NCBI RefSeq assembly: GCF_037042905.1
Contig: NC_087252.1
Coordinates: 9,798,001 to 9,862,000, forward strand
Origin: Lytechinus pictus
Taxonomy: Eukaryota
DNA length: 64,000 nucleotides
Direction of reading: 5' to 3'
The notes beneath the pieces are model-generated. The model searched no databases. It was not told the origin of the DNA and saw only the letters and a program-made list of their open reading frames with translations. Positions 52,101 to 64,000 of this stretch are shown here, one piece after another (the first letter of the stretch is position 1; the number at the start of each line of letters is the position of its first letter). A program made the translations under genes and the position numbers.

Positions 52101-53820
52101 AGTTATATTTTAGTACTTGTGATCTTACTTGCAATGTCCAGTAGGAAACTCCTTTGTATCAAACTCCCTTTCAAAACAACCATGCATGTATACACTCCTG
52201 TATCTCCCTGGACCACTTGATGAATCATGAGGTCGACTCCTTGAGCTAATGATCCAGCTACGGCATACTTCCTTAGGTTGAAAACGATAATGCTGCAGGA
52301 AGGTAGATCTGTGCCATTGCATTGCTCCACAGTGGATACAGGTACCCGATGTCCTTCTTTTGTCCAGGTAGCCCGTGCGAAGTCATCAGTTGTTGAAGAG
52401 AAGGGGCAATTCAGTAGAACGGATTGACCGATTCCAGTCATAATGTCTATATCCTGAACATTCGCTAATATTATTCCTGTAAAAGTTAATGATAGTTTAT
52501 GTAAAATAGGTTTTCTAAATGTACTCTTGTTTACATTTGAAGTATCTTTGGTCTTTATGTAGTAATCTTATCTATGTGTGTGTCAGGAAAATCTGCACAA
52601 AATACACAAGGGCACCGGACAAAATGGAAACGCGTGGACCTGAATGGTGAAAAGTACATGCATTTTAAGTAACGATATTACTTTGAAGATATGTTTTCAT
52701 TTCTAGCATCCCCTTCCCCACACACATACCTTGGCCATCACTTTACGTGTAGTTGTGAACCACATTAAATACGCATATTTTTTTCTTCTGTTATACCTTG
52801 AATTCAGGGGAAATACGTAGAAAATAGAGTCTCAAAGGTAAACCCCATATCGAAGGACAAAACGTAATTCAATCAAATGCTGAATACATCTGAAATAAAG
52901 GGGCCTGGAACTATTTCTTAAAACGAGGGTGAAAGCTTTGTTGTCTAGCACCCCCTCCTTCTTCCACAAAAAGTTATTCAGTCCAAAAATGATGAATGTA
53001 ATTTTGGTAAGAAAAACATTACAACGCAAAAAAAAAAAAAAAAAAAAAAAAAGCAGGGGGGAGGTTACTCCAAAACTAGAGAAGTTTGGCCAAGGAAATC
53101 AAATTGGCAAGCTAAAATAGGGGGTGGGGTTCGCTCCCAATGCAGGAGATGTGGTTCAAATCTGTACAATTTTAGCATACCCTGACCACGCTAATTTGAA
53201 AGGGGTGGGGGTGCTGCGTATGCGTATGGTGTATAGCATACGCAGCATCCCCACCACCCCGGGCCTTGATTGAGCGTGCACACTCCACGAATTACACACT
53301 TGTTCTTCTTCGCATTTGACATGTGCTCTAACGTGCAGTGCTTGATGGATCACATTTCACATGAAAGTCAGTCAACATGGCCGATGAATGTACTGGGACC
53401 AACATGCTAGCCATTATAGTTTGCTAAAACATTTTCTTAAGAGATTATTTTTTATATTAAACAGTAAAATTACTTTTGGTTGTCATAGCATGGCATACTA
53501 ATGTCATTTTTTGGAGTGGTAGATATTGATTGTTTATTAAACATCAAATAAGTGACAATTAAAATAGACAAATGTGAACGTAAGCGCGTGCCTCTGCCGG
53601 AGGCTACTAACTTTATAGCCATCAGGGCCTCTAGAACATTGAGTTCTTCTACTCCTGATTGCTTGCAATAATCATGCTTCTACTGTTGGTATTTGCATCA
53701 TCAATAGAACAAAGACAATGTTAAAGAAATAAATAGTGAAAACGAAAACAAAATGCACTTACCCGCTAAATTAAGTCCTGTCAGGCATAATAGTGATGTA
53801 TGTAAAAGGAACTTGCGCAT
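40165..53820 (-). CDS. Type I membrane receptor: signal peptide, IgV, Ig, FN3, spacer domain, FN3, TM, tyrosine-motif cytoplasmic tail (about 694 aa)
   Basis: Exons in minus orientation: 53820-53763, 52476-52129, 48380-48033, 47358-47080, 46635-46615, 46068-45802, 44221-43916, 42167-42045, 40699-40596, 40395-40165. All have GT-AG junctions, phases are compatible, total 2085 nt, no internal stops. Confidence 0.85.
41150..41432 (-). mobile_element. tRNA-derived SINE, full length
   Basis: On the minus strand: A-box TGGCCCAGTGG, B-box GGTTTGAATCC, body CACTCAACCCAGGTGAGGTAAATGGGTA, (TTA)n tail. Confidence 0.9.
42045..42167 (-). CDS. Transmembrane exon of the Ig/FN3 receptor
   Basis: LTAPISACVAVLAALIAFTMCL followed by the basic stop-transfer KMKKKR. 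Confidence 0.85.
42891..43279 (+). repeat. Local tandem duplication of a 105-bp unit; the second copy is interrupted by a SINE
   Basis: AGGCCGGATGT...TTCTGTTTATAAC at 42891-42995 and again at 42996-43279. Confidence 0.92.
43015..43186 (+). mobile_element. 172-bp SINE with 7SL/Alu-like head, B-box, Deu/Nin-like core fragment and (CA)n tail
   Basis: Head GGCGTTGTGGCGTGCGCCTGTAATCCAAGCT, B-box GGTTCGAGCCC at 43072-43082, core GTCTTTCGGATGGTGACGTTAAA from 43090, and TSD CACGTA at 43009-43014 and 43187-43192. Confidence 0.85.
43916..44221 (-). CDS. FN3 exon (membrane-proximal)
   Basis: APYNASVVESSITATSFSISW...LTIAGLRPSTTYLVTVKSQNALGVS. Confidence 0.92.
44722..44929 (-). mobile_element. tRNA-derived SINE, same family as 41150
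   Basis: A-box TGGTCTAGTGG, B-box GGTTCGAATCC, shared body. Confidence 0.88.
45087..45735. mobile_element. Degenerate TTAA-flanked MITE carrying a nested CACTCTAAAAA...TTTTTATAGTG element (~45441-45619)
   Basis: TTAAATGACAAGTCCATCCCA is inverted to TGGGATGGACCTGACCTTTAA. The inner element is TA-flanked. Confidence 0.55.
47080..47358 (-). CDS. FN3 exon
   Basis: LPDKPTNVAVLKHSVTTSSFTIIW...LAIAHLWPSTVYRVTIMSRNAFGTG. Confidence 0.92.
48033..48380 (-). CDS. Ig (C2-like) exon
   Basis: SLNCSVPSPSHPHATITWF...LIPTLDDDSKIFSCLAEHPGL. Confidence 0.92.
48697..48930 (+). mobile_element. 5'-truncated tRNA-SINE (related body, different tail)
   Basis: TGGCGTAATTTCCTTCAGCAAGAAATTGATCCACA...CAGGTGAGGTAAATGGGTACC. 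Confidence 0.8.
49077..49598. mobile_element. Degenerate Tc1/mariner-type MITE related to the element at 896
   Basis: TA|CAGTGCGTCCCACAAAAAA ... TTTTTTCTGGGACGCAC. Confidence 0.7.
50881..51043. mobile_element. Short MITE
   Basis: TGTTTCATAAAGCTGTTCGTAAG is inverted to CTTACGAACAGCTTTATGAAACA. Confidence 0.8.
52129..52476 (-). CDS. IgV-type exon
   Basis: GQSVLLNCPF...ATWTK...VDLMIHQVVQGDTGVYTCMV contains the DxGxYxC motif. Confidence 0.93.
53763..53820 (-). CDS. Signal peptide exon
   Basis: MRKFLLHTSLLCLTGLNLA followed by G|GTAAGT; phase 1 matches the IgV exon. Confidence 0.8.
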
Positions 53821-55820
53821 CTTGTGAAATAAAAACGAAATTGGCTTCCCCAAATAGTACATAATAGTTAATATGCCTAATTCCTGAATTTTCGTAGATA
53901 ATCTCAAACACGAAAGTAAAGATTTAATTCATGTATGAATTAATCGATAGATAAATGATCCATCTATCTGCATGAGCTAAACTAATATTCCAATCTCACT
54001 GCGTAATGTCAAGTGAACAGGGAAAGCACTCTACACTGTATGTGATCAAAGCCTGAAACGCTAATCACATCTCGCCTATTTTAGAGGATTAATTAATGGA
54101 ACGCATTCAAATTCTTAATAGTGCAATTAAGACGTGGAATGACTTGATGAATGCTTGGTGCTTTTTGAATGACCATTGGTAACAAAGTAATGGTTTTTAT
54201 CGGTCTAGAGTCAATTTTAACAAAGCGACTAATAATTAGCTGTAGTTTTTACATCTATCAGCATGTACAGTTCAGGTTTCACCAGGTTCTTTGGTACAGA
54301 GAAATTTGACAAGCAAAAAAAAGGGGGGGTCATTGCAGAATATAGGTCATTTTTGCTTACATTTCTCTATTTTTCAACACACACATACACACCAGAATTC
54401 CAGGGGGTGCTGCCGAAACAGAATAATACGCGTAACACCCCGAAGGAAAAACCCAGTAGGCCTACCCCGCTTCCCAGGGCCATGATTAAAGGCGTAGAAG
54501 TGAATGTTTTCGAACAAACTACATGAACCTAAATATTGGATATGTCAGTCTAGATTTAGATTCATTTATTTTCTGCCAAAAAACGTTACACAGTCAAATA
54601 TTTTGAGAATTTTTAATGAAACATAAAAGTATAATAAAACAGTTGACATTCAGTAATTAAATCATGGACTTTGTTAAAAACTTACCGATGTAGCAAGAAC
54701 CGATCAAAGGGGACAAAAACGAAGTACGAAGACAAAGGCGGCTTACCTAAAAAGCAATTTTTTTAAGAGTGCAAACACCCCGATGCTTAAAGTTTTTACG
54801 TAAAGAATCGCATCTATAGTAACTAATGGAGACAAAAAGGTAAGAAATAGAGCGAATATGACACAAGAAACAGATAGTAAAACATGATAACAAGAGATGA
54901 ATATGGCTAATATCGTTGGCAGGACAAACAGGGAGAATGTGATATTCTTTTGCTCCAAGGATCGGCATCGATTTTCTTTTTTTCATTTCCATTCTTCGAA
55001 GAAATTTGATTTTGATAAGTTCTGAATGGAAAACAATGAAGAATCAACGATATTAATTCAAATTTGTCATTTTTGATAGTCATTTTTTTTTTGGGGGGGG
55101 GGGGGGGATGGCGTGTAAAACGCAGTCCAAATTTAGAGTGTAAAATGTTTTGCCGAAAGTAAAACAGATTTGGTTGAGAAAGAACGTTGAAACATTTTCT
55201 TGAGTGCATCATCCTTTTCTGTTCATAATATACGTCATTCCAAATATTTATTTAAATTCCTGCCATAGTATAATGACACATAGTCCCAATATGAGTAAAT
55301 GCATTTCCTATATGATGAAATTTGAGATTTTGGAAATCTAGGCGGAAACCCCTAATTTACATTTTTCATTTCATACTCCAGCTGCAGGTTATATAATTCC
55401 TTTGTAGGTCTGTCTTAACACAGAAAAATTAAACACGTTATTAAACAGACCTGGGTAATGCTAAGCTGTCAATTTATTTTATGATGTTTCACATAATGTT
55501 CTTCCTGCATTTTGCTCGCTGATCATAATGTAAGGACTTAAAGTGCAGTATCATTAGACCAGTATCAGTTTCCGTCGTACCACTTACATGAACACTAAAC
55601 GATTGTAACAACTGTCAATATTAGGGGCGTTTATACACACGAATAAATGACATTTGATTCGCGATCTTAAGTAGACGTATTTAATGGGGCAAGTGGCCTA
55701 CATGTTTTCATTTTTGTTAGTCTTCTAGACCTGGCATCTAATCATTTTATTGATAGCTATCGTCATTGTATTATGAAGATGTGTGTTTCGTTGTAAAGAT
55801 ATTACCAATTATAATATTAA

Positions 55821-56424
55821 AGGGATATTCCAGGCTGAAAATAATATGATTTGACTGAACAAAAGAAAGAGTAGACAAGCAAAACACTGAAAACTTGATC
55901 AAATCGCACAAGGAATTATATAAGATTTATGACGTTTTAAGTAATTGAATTATTTCGGTGAAACAGGTTTGTGCATGTGTTCATGAATATTTTATTGAGC
56001 AAATTGATGGTTTCATATTTCCAATTGTTCTTTTTATTAAATGAAATCATGTTTATGCACGTTTTTTCTTAAAGATTGATAACAAAATTTATTGCCAACT
56101 GAACAAATAAATTATATATTCAATGTTGCAACCTTTTTAATCATAAGGGAGACACATTATACACATATATATTTAAATATGAAATAATTATGATATCATG
56201 TAATAACATGATAAAGAAGATAGAGGGAATTCGACATAATCCGCCCACCTAATGACTATTCATCACAACATACATATAACTGTTTACACAAATATCACTA
56301 GTCTTTAAAATTTAATAGATAAATTATTTGTGATCAGATTCTCATTGAATTCACAGCACATGCGTACTAAATGTTATTCCAACTATTCCAATAGATATAA
56401 TTATTTTCAGCCTGGAGTACTCCT
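55821..56424. mobile_element. TTAA-target MITE (Kolobok/piggyBac-like); related fragments at ~1720-1853 and ~18880-20150
   Basis: TTAA|AGGGATATTCCAGGCTGAAAATAAT ... ATTATTTTCAGCCTGGAGTACTCCT|TTAG. Confidence 0.82.
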
Positions 56425-58399
56425 TTAGTTGTTTTTAAGGGTTGTAGGCCACTCAATATCTAGATGATGTCCCCTCTCTCCCTCATGTCCCACCAAATTT
56501 GCCAATTCAGGGAGCTAAAATTTCTTTTACATATCCCACCAGAGTACTTTTGCCCACTTGGGTTGTAACAAAAGCAATCACATCTTTCATTGTAAGATGT
56601 GTGACCCATTTCGGCTGGATCTATGAAAATCTTTTGTAATCCGAGATTGTCTTTCACAGGAATTCTGCAAAAAATGTTAGACACGATGTTTGAGCGCGTC
56701 ACTTTAACGTTCGATTGTATAGATTTTTAAATAACATTTTAAAATTTTGTGACGATTTGTCTTAAATATATATTGAAAATCCTGTTTAACATTTTAAACA
56801 GTTGTTAGAGTTAAAGGCTTAAACAACCTGCTGAAAGCTTTAAATATCATTTTCTAAAACCATTTGTAAGTAGCTGTAAACCCTGACAGATTATATAAAA
56901 TTGCATTTATTGCCTTGTGTATAAGACAGGAGAAATTTAGCTTGAACAATGGTTGAATTAATACATCCACAAGGATTTATCAATATGAAAAAAAAAATCG
57001 CACAACATAATAAACATTTTTAATTTAAGAAAAACAAAAGAAATAAAGCTTTCTTCATTGCAACAAAATTAGGGTAGAAGAAGGAAGAAGGAAGAAAGAA
57101 CTCTGAGAAGAGAGTTAGATGAACGATGAAACGTTAACATATTAAAAAAGTACCCATATTCTACCCTCACTGCATACCAGCAAAATATGAAATCGGCTCC
57201 ACGGCTTATTCTTTGCGAGATATTTGACGTTCTTAAATAAAAGAAAATCACACAATTAAATAAACGCATGGTAACACAAGCATATTTCCCGTATACTGTT
57301 TTATTCTGATTTAAACCAAGCACAGACACATATCATGTCAATTATAGCAACTCAAATTATAGCAATTCAAATTATAGCAACATAATAATAATTTCAGTTG
57401 TTATAAGGTAGCAGGAAACAGCCCAACACCGCTCATCACACTTAAATGCACATGTGCAACCGCAATCACATCCATACACACACACTTTTTTTCAACATGT
57501 TCTTATTCAGGATTTCATTCAAATGAATTACATAAACTCAAGATAAATAAAAAAGAATACAAATCTTCCTTTTATATCAACAAGAATAAACAAAAATATT
57601 CACCTAAAAATGAATCAAATAAGGATGGAATGAAATGCCATAAGAATATACTTTTATACAAAAAAACTAAACTAAGCCCCGACCCTCTATATTTTTAATT
57701 AAAAAAATAATCAACATTGAATGATTAGCATGGAAAAAAAAATCAACATTTTATCATTGCATCCCTAATCCAATTTTACACCAAGCTTCGACATACATTT
57801 ACATACGTATACACACATACACCCACCCACCAAAATACTCACATACACAAACATAATATATACAAATCTGCATATGAACGTTTAATTTTTCGCGAAATAG
57901 GAAACAGAAAAAAAATGAAACTGCAAATCAGATACAAGAGAAGGGGATATTGAAAAAAACTAGTAAAAATCAACATCAACATTCACACCGTACACACAAC
58001 CTCTCACACACACCCTCTACTTAACCCAAACCATGAACTAACTGCGCTCACATCCTTTTACCATTTACTCAACTGTTATAACAATTACATAAAATAGTAC
58101 ATTACATATGAACACAAGCATATGGGATTTGGAGATAACGTAATAGCAATATGCTTATCGAGGTTAGCCCCCATTAATGTCATTATCAGAGTTAAATCAG
58201 TTTTAACTAAATCACAATATTGTACATCTTAATCAGTATCAATTGTAATTATTACTGATACAGACAATTTTGGTCATCTTAAGTGAACATATTTTTTACA
58301 GAAAAAAATATAATTATTCACAAAAGTCTTTATAGAGAACTTATTTGCTCTTACGCAGTATATACAATACCTAGTTAATTATATTAACCCTTTGGCATT

Positions 58400-58620
58400 A
58401 TTTTTTACCGATTTGCTATATATCTTGCGACTGGGGGGTGTTTCTAATATTACTTGGCAGATGATTCCATGAAGTAAGGCCAAAAAAAATGAAATCGATT
58501 TTTTTTTCCCAAATTGGTGCTTTTTTGTCAAGATTCACATTCGGCTTTTCTCTATTACTGTTATTGTAAGGGTTATCTGTGACTGAAAAATAATAAATAA
58601 AACTATGCATTATTAATTTC
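58400..58620 (-). mobile_element. Highly decayed CR1/L2-type LINE 3' fragment
   Basis: Only the motif GLTSWNHLPSNIRN, which resembles the WNxLP C-terminal signature. Confidence 0.35.
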
Positions 58621-59386
58621 ATCGTGCATAAATATCCATATCAAACATTGGCATTATTGGAAAATATTGAGAATTGTTAGATCATAAAATGAAGGAGCAG
58701 AAGTGTGATGGCTGCACGTCATTATACAGTGTGGAAAAAAACGAAAGCAAGATTCAGTGTAAATTTCTTGATCATAAATTTGCTTTGTGAAATGTACATG
58801 AACGGAAAGATATACTTCTCTTCTTTCATATGAAGACCATCTCAACGTTCATATGCATGCATGACTGAGTTAGAACAATGGAAAGTGGTATTACCAAATT
58901 GCAATTTTGATTTTTTTTTTCAATATTCAGTTTTTGCTTTTGATGCTGTCTTTTTCGGAAAACAAAGTTCATAACTTGAATATCCATCATTTCTTCCTTC
59001 ATATGAGACATCATGCGTTAAATATGATTGCCACATGGTCGAGAAAAAGTCGCCTGAAAACACGCTTGATTACTACCTGTTCCACGAATCGTTGAAAAAC
59101 AAGCATTTTGTTTTCCCAACAAAGTAGCAGACAAAGGGTTATGTTTTTTCATAAAAGGTTTTTGTCAATACTTATACCAAGAAATAATCTTGATTCCACA
59201 CACTCTGATAATGTTTTATTCAGTGATAGTTGTCCTGATATCAAAACATAGTTTCTTCTTCCTTAAAAAAAAACATACATATATATTTAGTTTTTTTAAC
59301 ATTAATTGTTAATTTGTTGGCTCTGCGCCATGCTGTTATATTCTTTAGATTGATAATAATTTATAATAGATCAATTTACATGTATA

Positions 59387-60921
59387 CAGTCCGTATCAAT
59401 AAAACGGTACAGTTCTGAAAAAGTCTATCAAATCTTTGATTGAAATTATGCCATTAGAAAAACAAGTTTCGTTCATGCTTGAGCGAACAAGAAACGTTTT
59501 TGTCAGGGTAAAAAAAAAGGCTTGCGCCAAATGGCAAAAAATGAAAATATATTGATAAGATTTCTAGCTTATCAGCAGCCTCCTCTTAACATTTTCATTA
59601 TCTTTACCATGTTTTTTTAATTATACTGTCAAAATTAATCTACAAAGCTCTATGTATTGATTAACTTGAGCCAAGGAAGGAATACATTTTTATTCTTAAA
59701 GGCTATTTTTGTCATATTGGGGCGATGGCTGAATTTTGGGGGCATTTCCCTGATTTCAAGGGGTACTTTTTCCCAATTAGTCATTATGCTCTGAAAGCAT
59801 ATCTCACTATTCTGATGTATGTCTTTTTGTCTTTTCATTTAATTAGGCTATATTTTACCATTGAATATTCCTTCATAAGTATAAAAAAAACTTTTATGTC
59901 ATCCCATGCTAGGAGATTTGGATTGGTAATGGGGAGAGCCTGTAAATTATTAACAATTTATTGTATTATGTGCAACAAAGATTATGATGCCTTTGCGAGA
60001 CATGAATCCTTTTGTCAAGGGGACATTGATTCCTTGAACAAGTTAAATTGTGTGCTTGACAGGACAATATTAAATAACATGAAATGGCTCATGATTTTCA
60101 AAGGCACTAAAACCTTTGTAGCACAAAATGAAATGATTTTAATGAATTACAAGCTCTCCCATTAACAAAGCAAATCCACTTACCTGGGTCAACGATTCTA
60201 TGAAGGAATGTTCAATATTAAAATACTTCATATTAAAAAAATAATAATTTAAGTAAATCAATAATCTTTGTAAATTAATTTTGACAAAATTCAAAAATTC
60301 AAAAATTATGACAACGACAATGAAAAGGTTAAGAGGAGTCTGCTGATTAGCAAGAAGTCTGATGATCGATATTTTTTTCATTTTATGCCATTTTGGCGCA
60401 AGCCTTTTTTTAACCCCTGACAAAAGCGTTCCGTGTTTGCTGAAGCATTAACGAAACTTATCTTTCTGATGGCATTTAAAAGATAAGACTTAAAGGGGGA
60501 GTGAACTCTGTGTGGTCTCTCATTGACTGTGTGTTATAAATACATAGTCTTAAAATCTACGTTTTCAGATATATACAAATACTACAGATAATAAATAGAC
60601 CTATAATTGTATTTTTATAGAGAAACTAAAATGTTTTGAGAGGTAATTGTTTTGCTACTTGGTAGCATAATTATTGCGGTATAAAATGTATTAAATAGTT
60701 AATTAGCATGTCGTTATTCAGGTTGGTCTATATTACTAGACTACACTAGCATTATGGGTCAGGAAACTGGCCAGGTATGAGTAGCTAAGGACTCGAGATG
60801 GCGCTATTGGTTCTTATCTGTTTTAAGAGCAACTATGAACATAAAAATAGAGACATTATGATTATAAAAAAAAATTGGATGGACTTTTCAAAAACTGTCC
60901 CGTTATTATTGATAGGCACTG
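59387..60921. mobile_element. TA-flanked non-autonomous DNA transposon with long subterminal inverted repeats
   Basis: TA|CAGTCCGTATCAATAAAACGG ... CCGTTATTATTGATAGGCACTG|TA. 59449-59650 is inverted at ~60260-60475. Confidence 0.8.
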
Positions 60922-62872
60922 TATAGTGCGCGAAATGTTAATAAGTGACACAGAGATGACACAGTTAATAACCTTTGAACATGCAGAATTTATACAACAT
61001 ATTCAAAAAATGTATTCAAAATATAACTATATGATGAAATTTCCCCTACAGCTCTTTCAGCTCTCTACTAAATGTATTGGATGAGATATACTGAAGCATC
61101 TTTTATTTTGTGCAATGAATGTCAAATTTTGCTCTAAATACGAAAATGAAAGAAATAACAAGTTTGTAATTTCAAAGTTAAATTTAGTTGAAAAAAAGCT
61201 ATAGTTCAAATTAAAATCAACAAGAAAAATTTCACTTGCAGGCTGTTGGACTAATACATCTTCATCGTAATTATTATTAAAATTCATAGTTTTATTATCA
61301 TTTATATACATTTCCTTCAATTCAATAACCAAAAAACATTCGTAAACTGTTCATTTTGAAATATACATTGTTAAACATCAGAAAAATCTCCCGTGCATAA
61401 TATTTACAAGAATACAAAAAAAGTGAACACTAATTATACCTCTACCATGCCATAATGTGTTATTATTGCGATTACATCTATGAATACGCATTTTCATCAT
61501 TGTGATTTTTTTCTAGTTGCTAAGAGTTGTGCCAAAAAAGTCATAAAGTTGTCGATTCCACAGTATCACATCAACTTGCGAACAGTCTTCGCTCATAAGT
61601 GTGATTATGGCGTGCAGATGTGGAACTACTAGATGATTCTTGGGGATGACCTACTGTAGGCCTTCCATCCAGTAGGTGCTGGTCACTGAAGGATATAATC
61701 AACAAGTAGTTATAAATTGGTCGATGTCCTGCCATCGCCAGACCTTACTCCCTTTGCGAGTAAAGGTATGATATCCCTCGCTTCGATCGGGATAGAACTA
61801 CCGCTAAACCTCGACAAGAGGTTGCTTACGAATGAGATTTCGTACTACTCGTGACACTATTAATGACGCTGTTACATGGAGTCTTTGTTTAATTTTGGTA
61901 TAATTTTCAACGACTTTTGTGAAGTTGTGGAAATAAGGTCTTATTTTTGATAATTTCCTTAACTTTCACCATGATTCCATTACACATATACAATCAATAG
62001 TTTTAGAATTTATTGCACTGAATTAATGTTACGATCAATCTTTTTTTTTCGTGAAAAAAAATGAAAAAAAAATCACTGCATGATCAACACGCCCTTATTT
62101 TAAAGAATTGTTTGCTTCTTAAATATTTCTTTTCTTTTTTTACATCCTTATTTTTTTCTTTATTTTATTTTATTTTTCCTTCGCTTTTTTATTTTTTTTC
62201 TTCGTTCTTTTTCTTTTCTTGTCTCATTATTTCTTGTCTTTTTCTTCCTTTCATTCGTATTCTTGACTGTTCTTTACTTTTTCCTTTGTTTTTCTTTTTT
62301 CTGTTTTTATTATCTATATAAGTGTTTTTTTTTCTCTCCTCTTTTTTGTCTTCTTCTTTTGGATGCCTCTTTCACTTGATTTTGCTTTTTAAAATACTTC
62401 CTGCAATTTTCTTCTATTGCATTATGCTTTAGAAAAAAATGAACTGGATGTAGGGCATGAGTAAAAGGGGAAGGGAAAAAAAAGAAATGATAACAATAGA
62501 ATAAAAAAGATAAAGAAAAAGTGTGAAATTAGTCTTCAATCCAGACTCGGTTATTTCAATAGTTAAAAATCTTTACAGCTCATTCCCGTGGATGGCCTCA
62601 CTGTACAGATCATCCTTTCCTCGAGGCCCAGTTATTTAAATGAATTTAAACATATCTTCAAAACTAAGATCCAACAATTTATCTTCATTGGAAAATAGAA
62701 GATTATGCTTTGAGCATCTACATAAGTTGGGTTTGGTGCTTTATAACTACTCATACTTTGTATTCATTTCTTAGCGATGCATGGCATTGGTATACATTAC
62801 TACAAATGTTTATACAAAACGCCGCAAATGAATATTTGGTCGACGGTCACAAGAACTAAAGAATCGGCTCGG

Positions 62873-63055
62873 TGTAAAAAGGGCAGAGGTAAAAATGGCA
62901 GAGGTAAAAATGGTGGAGGTAAAAATGACAAATATAAAAGTGGAAAAGGTAAAAATGGCAAAGGTTAAAATGTCAGAGGTAATAATGGCAGAGGAAATAA
63001 TGGCAGAGGTAAAAATGGCAGAGGTAAAATGGCAGAGGTAAAAATGGCAGAGGTA
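62873..63055 (+). repeat. 15-bp minisatellite (GGCAGAGGTAAAAAT)n, about 12 copies
   Basis: Directly visible. Confidence 0.92.
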
Positions 63056-63182
63056 TTTGATAACACTTGAGTTTTTTTTTTTTTCTTGGACTTACATGCA
63101 CGACCTTCTCATGTCAAATCGCTCTTCTATACTCAACTTTGAAGAACACTTTGGATCCCAAATACTATACTTAACTCATTAC

Positions 63183-63653
63183 AGGGGAAATTCACACTGA
63201 CATAAAGTTTATTAAAATGATATTGGTGTCGGTTTTAGGGAATCCATCAAAGATTTAAAAAGCTACTAAAATTATGCCTGTTGATGGGGACGTCATCTGT
63301 GAGCAGTTTTCCCCATATATGGAGTAATAAAAGAATATCAATGAAATGTCATTAAAAAAAAAAAAGAAAATGGTTTCAAATGTACCTTAAGTATATTAAC
63401 ATACAAATAATTTAACATCCACTCCGGAAAGATTTTTTTAGCAATCATGAACCACTGATTAGAAAAAATGAAAAGTAGACATTTTGGTGCAGGGAATACG
63501 GGGCAGTTACTGGTATATGACGTTACAGATTGAAAATCAATCTTTTAATAACTCTTAATCTTTGATTGGTTTTCCGCAAACCTTCACTAATATATGTATA
63601 CTTGTATATATATTTTTTTTACAGTAAACCTTTTGTCAGGGTGAATTTCCCCT
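63183..63653. mobile_element. MITE with AGGGGAAATTCAC termini
   Basis: AGGGGAAATTCACACTGACA is inverted to TGTCAGGGTGAATTTCCCCT. A partial relative lies at ~22218. Confidence 0.8.
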
Positions 63654-63672
63654 TCAAAACAGGTCGTTAGAA

Positions 63673-64000
63673 TGGTACCCCTTTCATATTGCGCTTTTCA
63701 CCGGCGAACTTCACCGGCGAAGTTCGCCAGCGAAGGAGAAAGTGTCCAGTATGAAAGGTACACAGGAGAACTTCACCGGTGAAGTTCGCCGGCGAACTTC
63801 TCCACCTCTAGAGGTGGAGAACTTCGCCGGTGAAACTGTTTCACCGGCGAAGTTCACCGGTGAAAAGGCCAGTATGAAAGCAAACCGGAGAACTTCTTTT
63901 CTTTAATGACGTCAGAGGTCAATTTTTTCTCTCCCAAAGTCCCCTGTACCGAGATTCCGCGCGCGATAGTTGCAAGTTCAGCTGAATGCTATGGCCAAGT
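63673..64000. mobile_element. Left arm of a palindrome-rich element (possibly a Harbinger-like MITE) running off the window
   Basis: Repeated TTCACCGGTGAA / TTCGCCGGCGAA palindromes, central CTCCACCTCTAGAGGTGGAG, and CTTTCATA / TATGAAAG motifs. Confidence 0.6.

Noticed and set aside
53738..53749. ISRE-like GAAAACGAAAAC beside the receptor's first donor
   Set aside because: Equally explained by T-rich intron sequence; a single weak motif.
61684..61730. Hammerhead ribozyme core at CTGAAGGA
   Set aside because: No correctly placed GAAA or stem arrangement found.

Overview
AT-rich eukaryotic (animal) genomic DNA; gene architecture and repeat families suggest a sea urchin (inference). (1) 2.5-16.1 kb is a near-homogeneous 202-bp tandem satellite (about 67 copies) with visible higher-order variant periodicity. 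(2) On the + strand, 22.8-38.0 kb holds a spliced DEATH-NACHT-LRR (NLR) gene with three lesions: an in-frame TAA, a +1 frameshift, and a 1-kb antisense LINE inserted in the first LRR exon. (3) On the - strand, 40.0-53.8 kb holds an apparently intact ~700-aa receptor (signal peptide, IgV, Ig, FN3, spacer, FN3, TM, tyrosine-motif tail) that converges on the NLR. (4) Many MITEs, tRNA-SINEs and LINE fragments are present. The most unusual items are a 172-bp SINE with an Alu/7SL-like head, a B-box, a Deu/Nin-like core, a (CA)n tail and a TSD, whose empty site survives in an adjacent duplicate (43015-43186), and an unexplained ~290-nt run of back-to-back hairpins (61556-61844). All exon models were assembled by eye from splice signals and phase, and all family names come from recalled motifs, not database searches.
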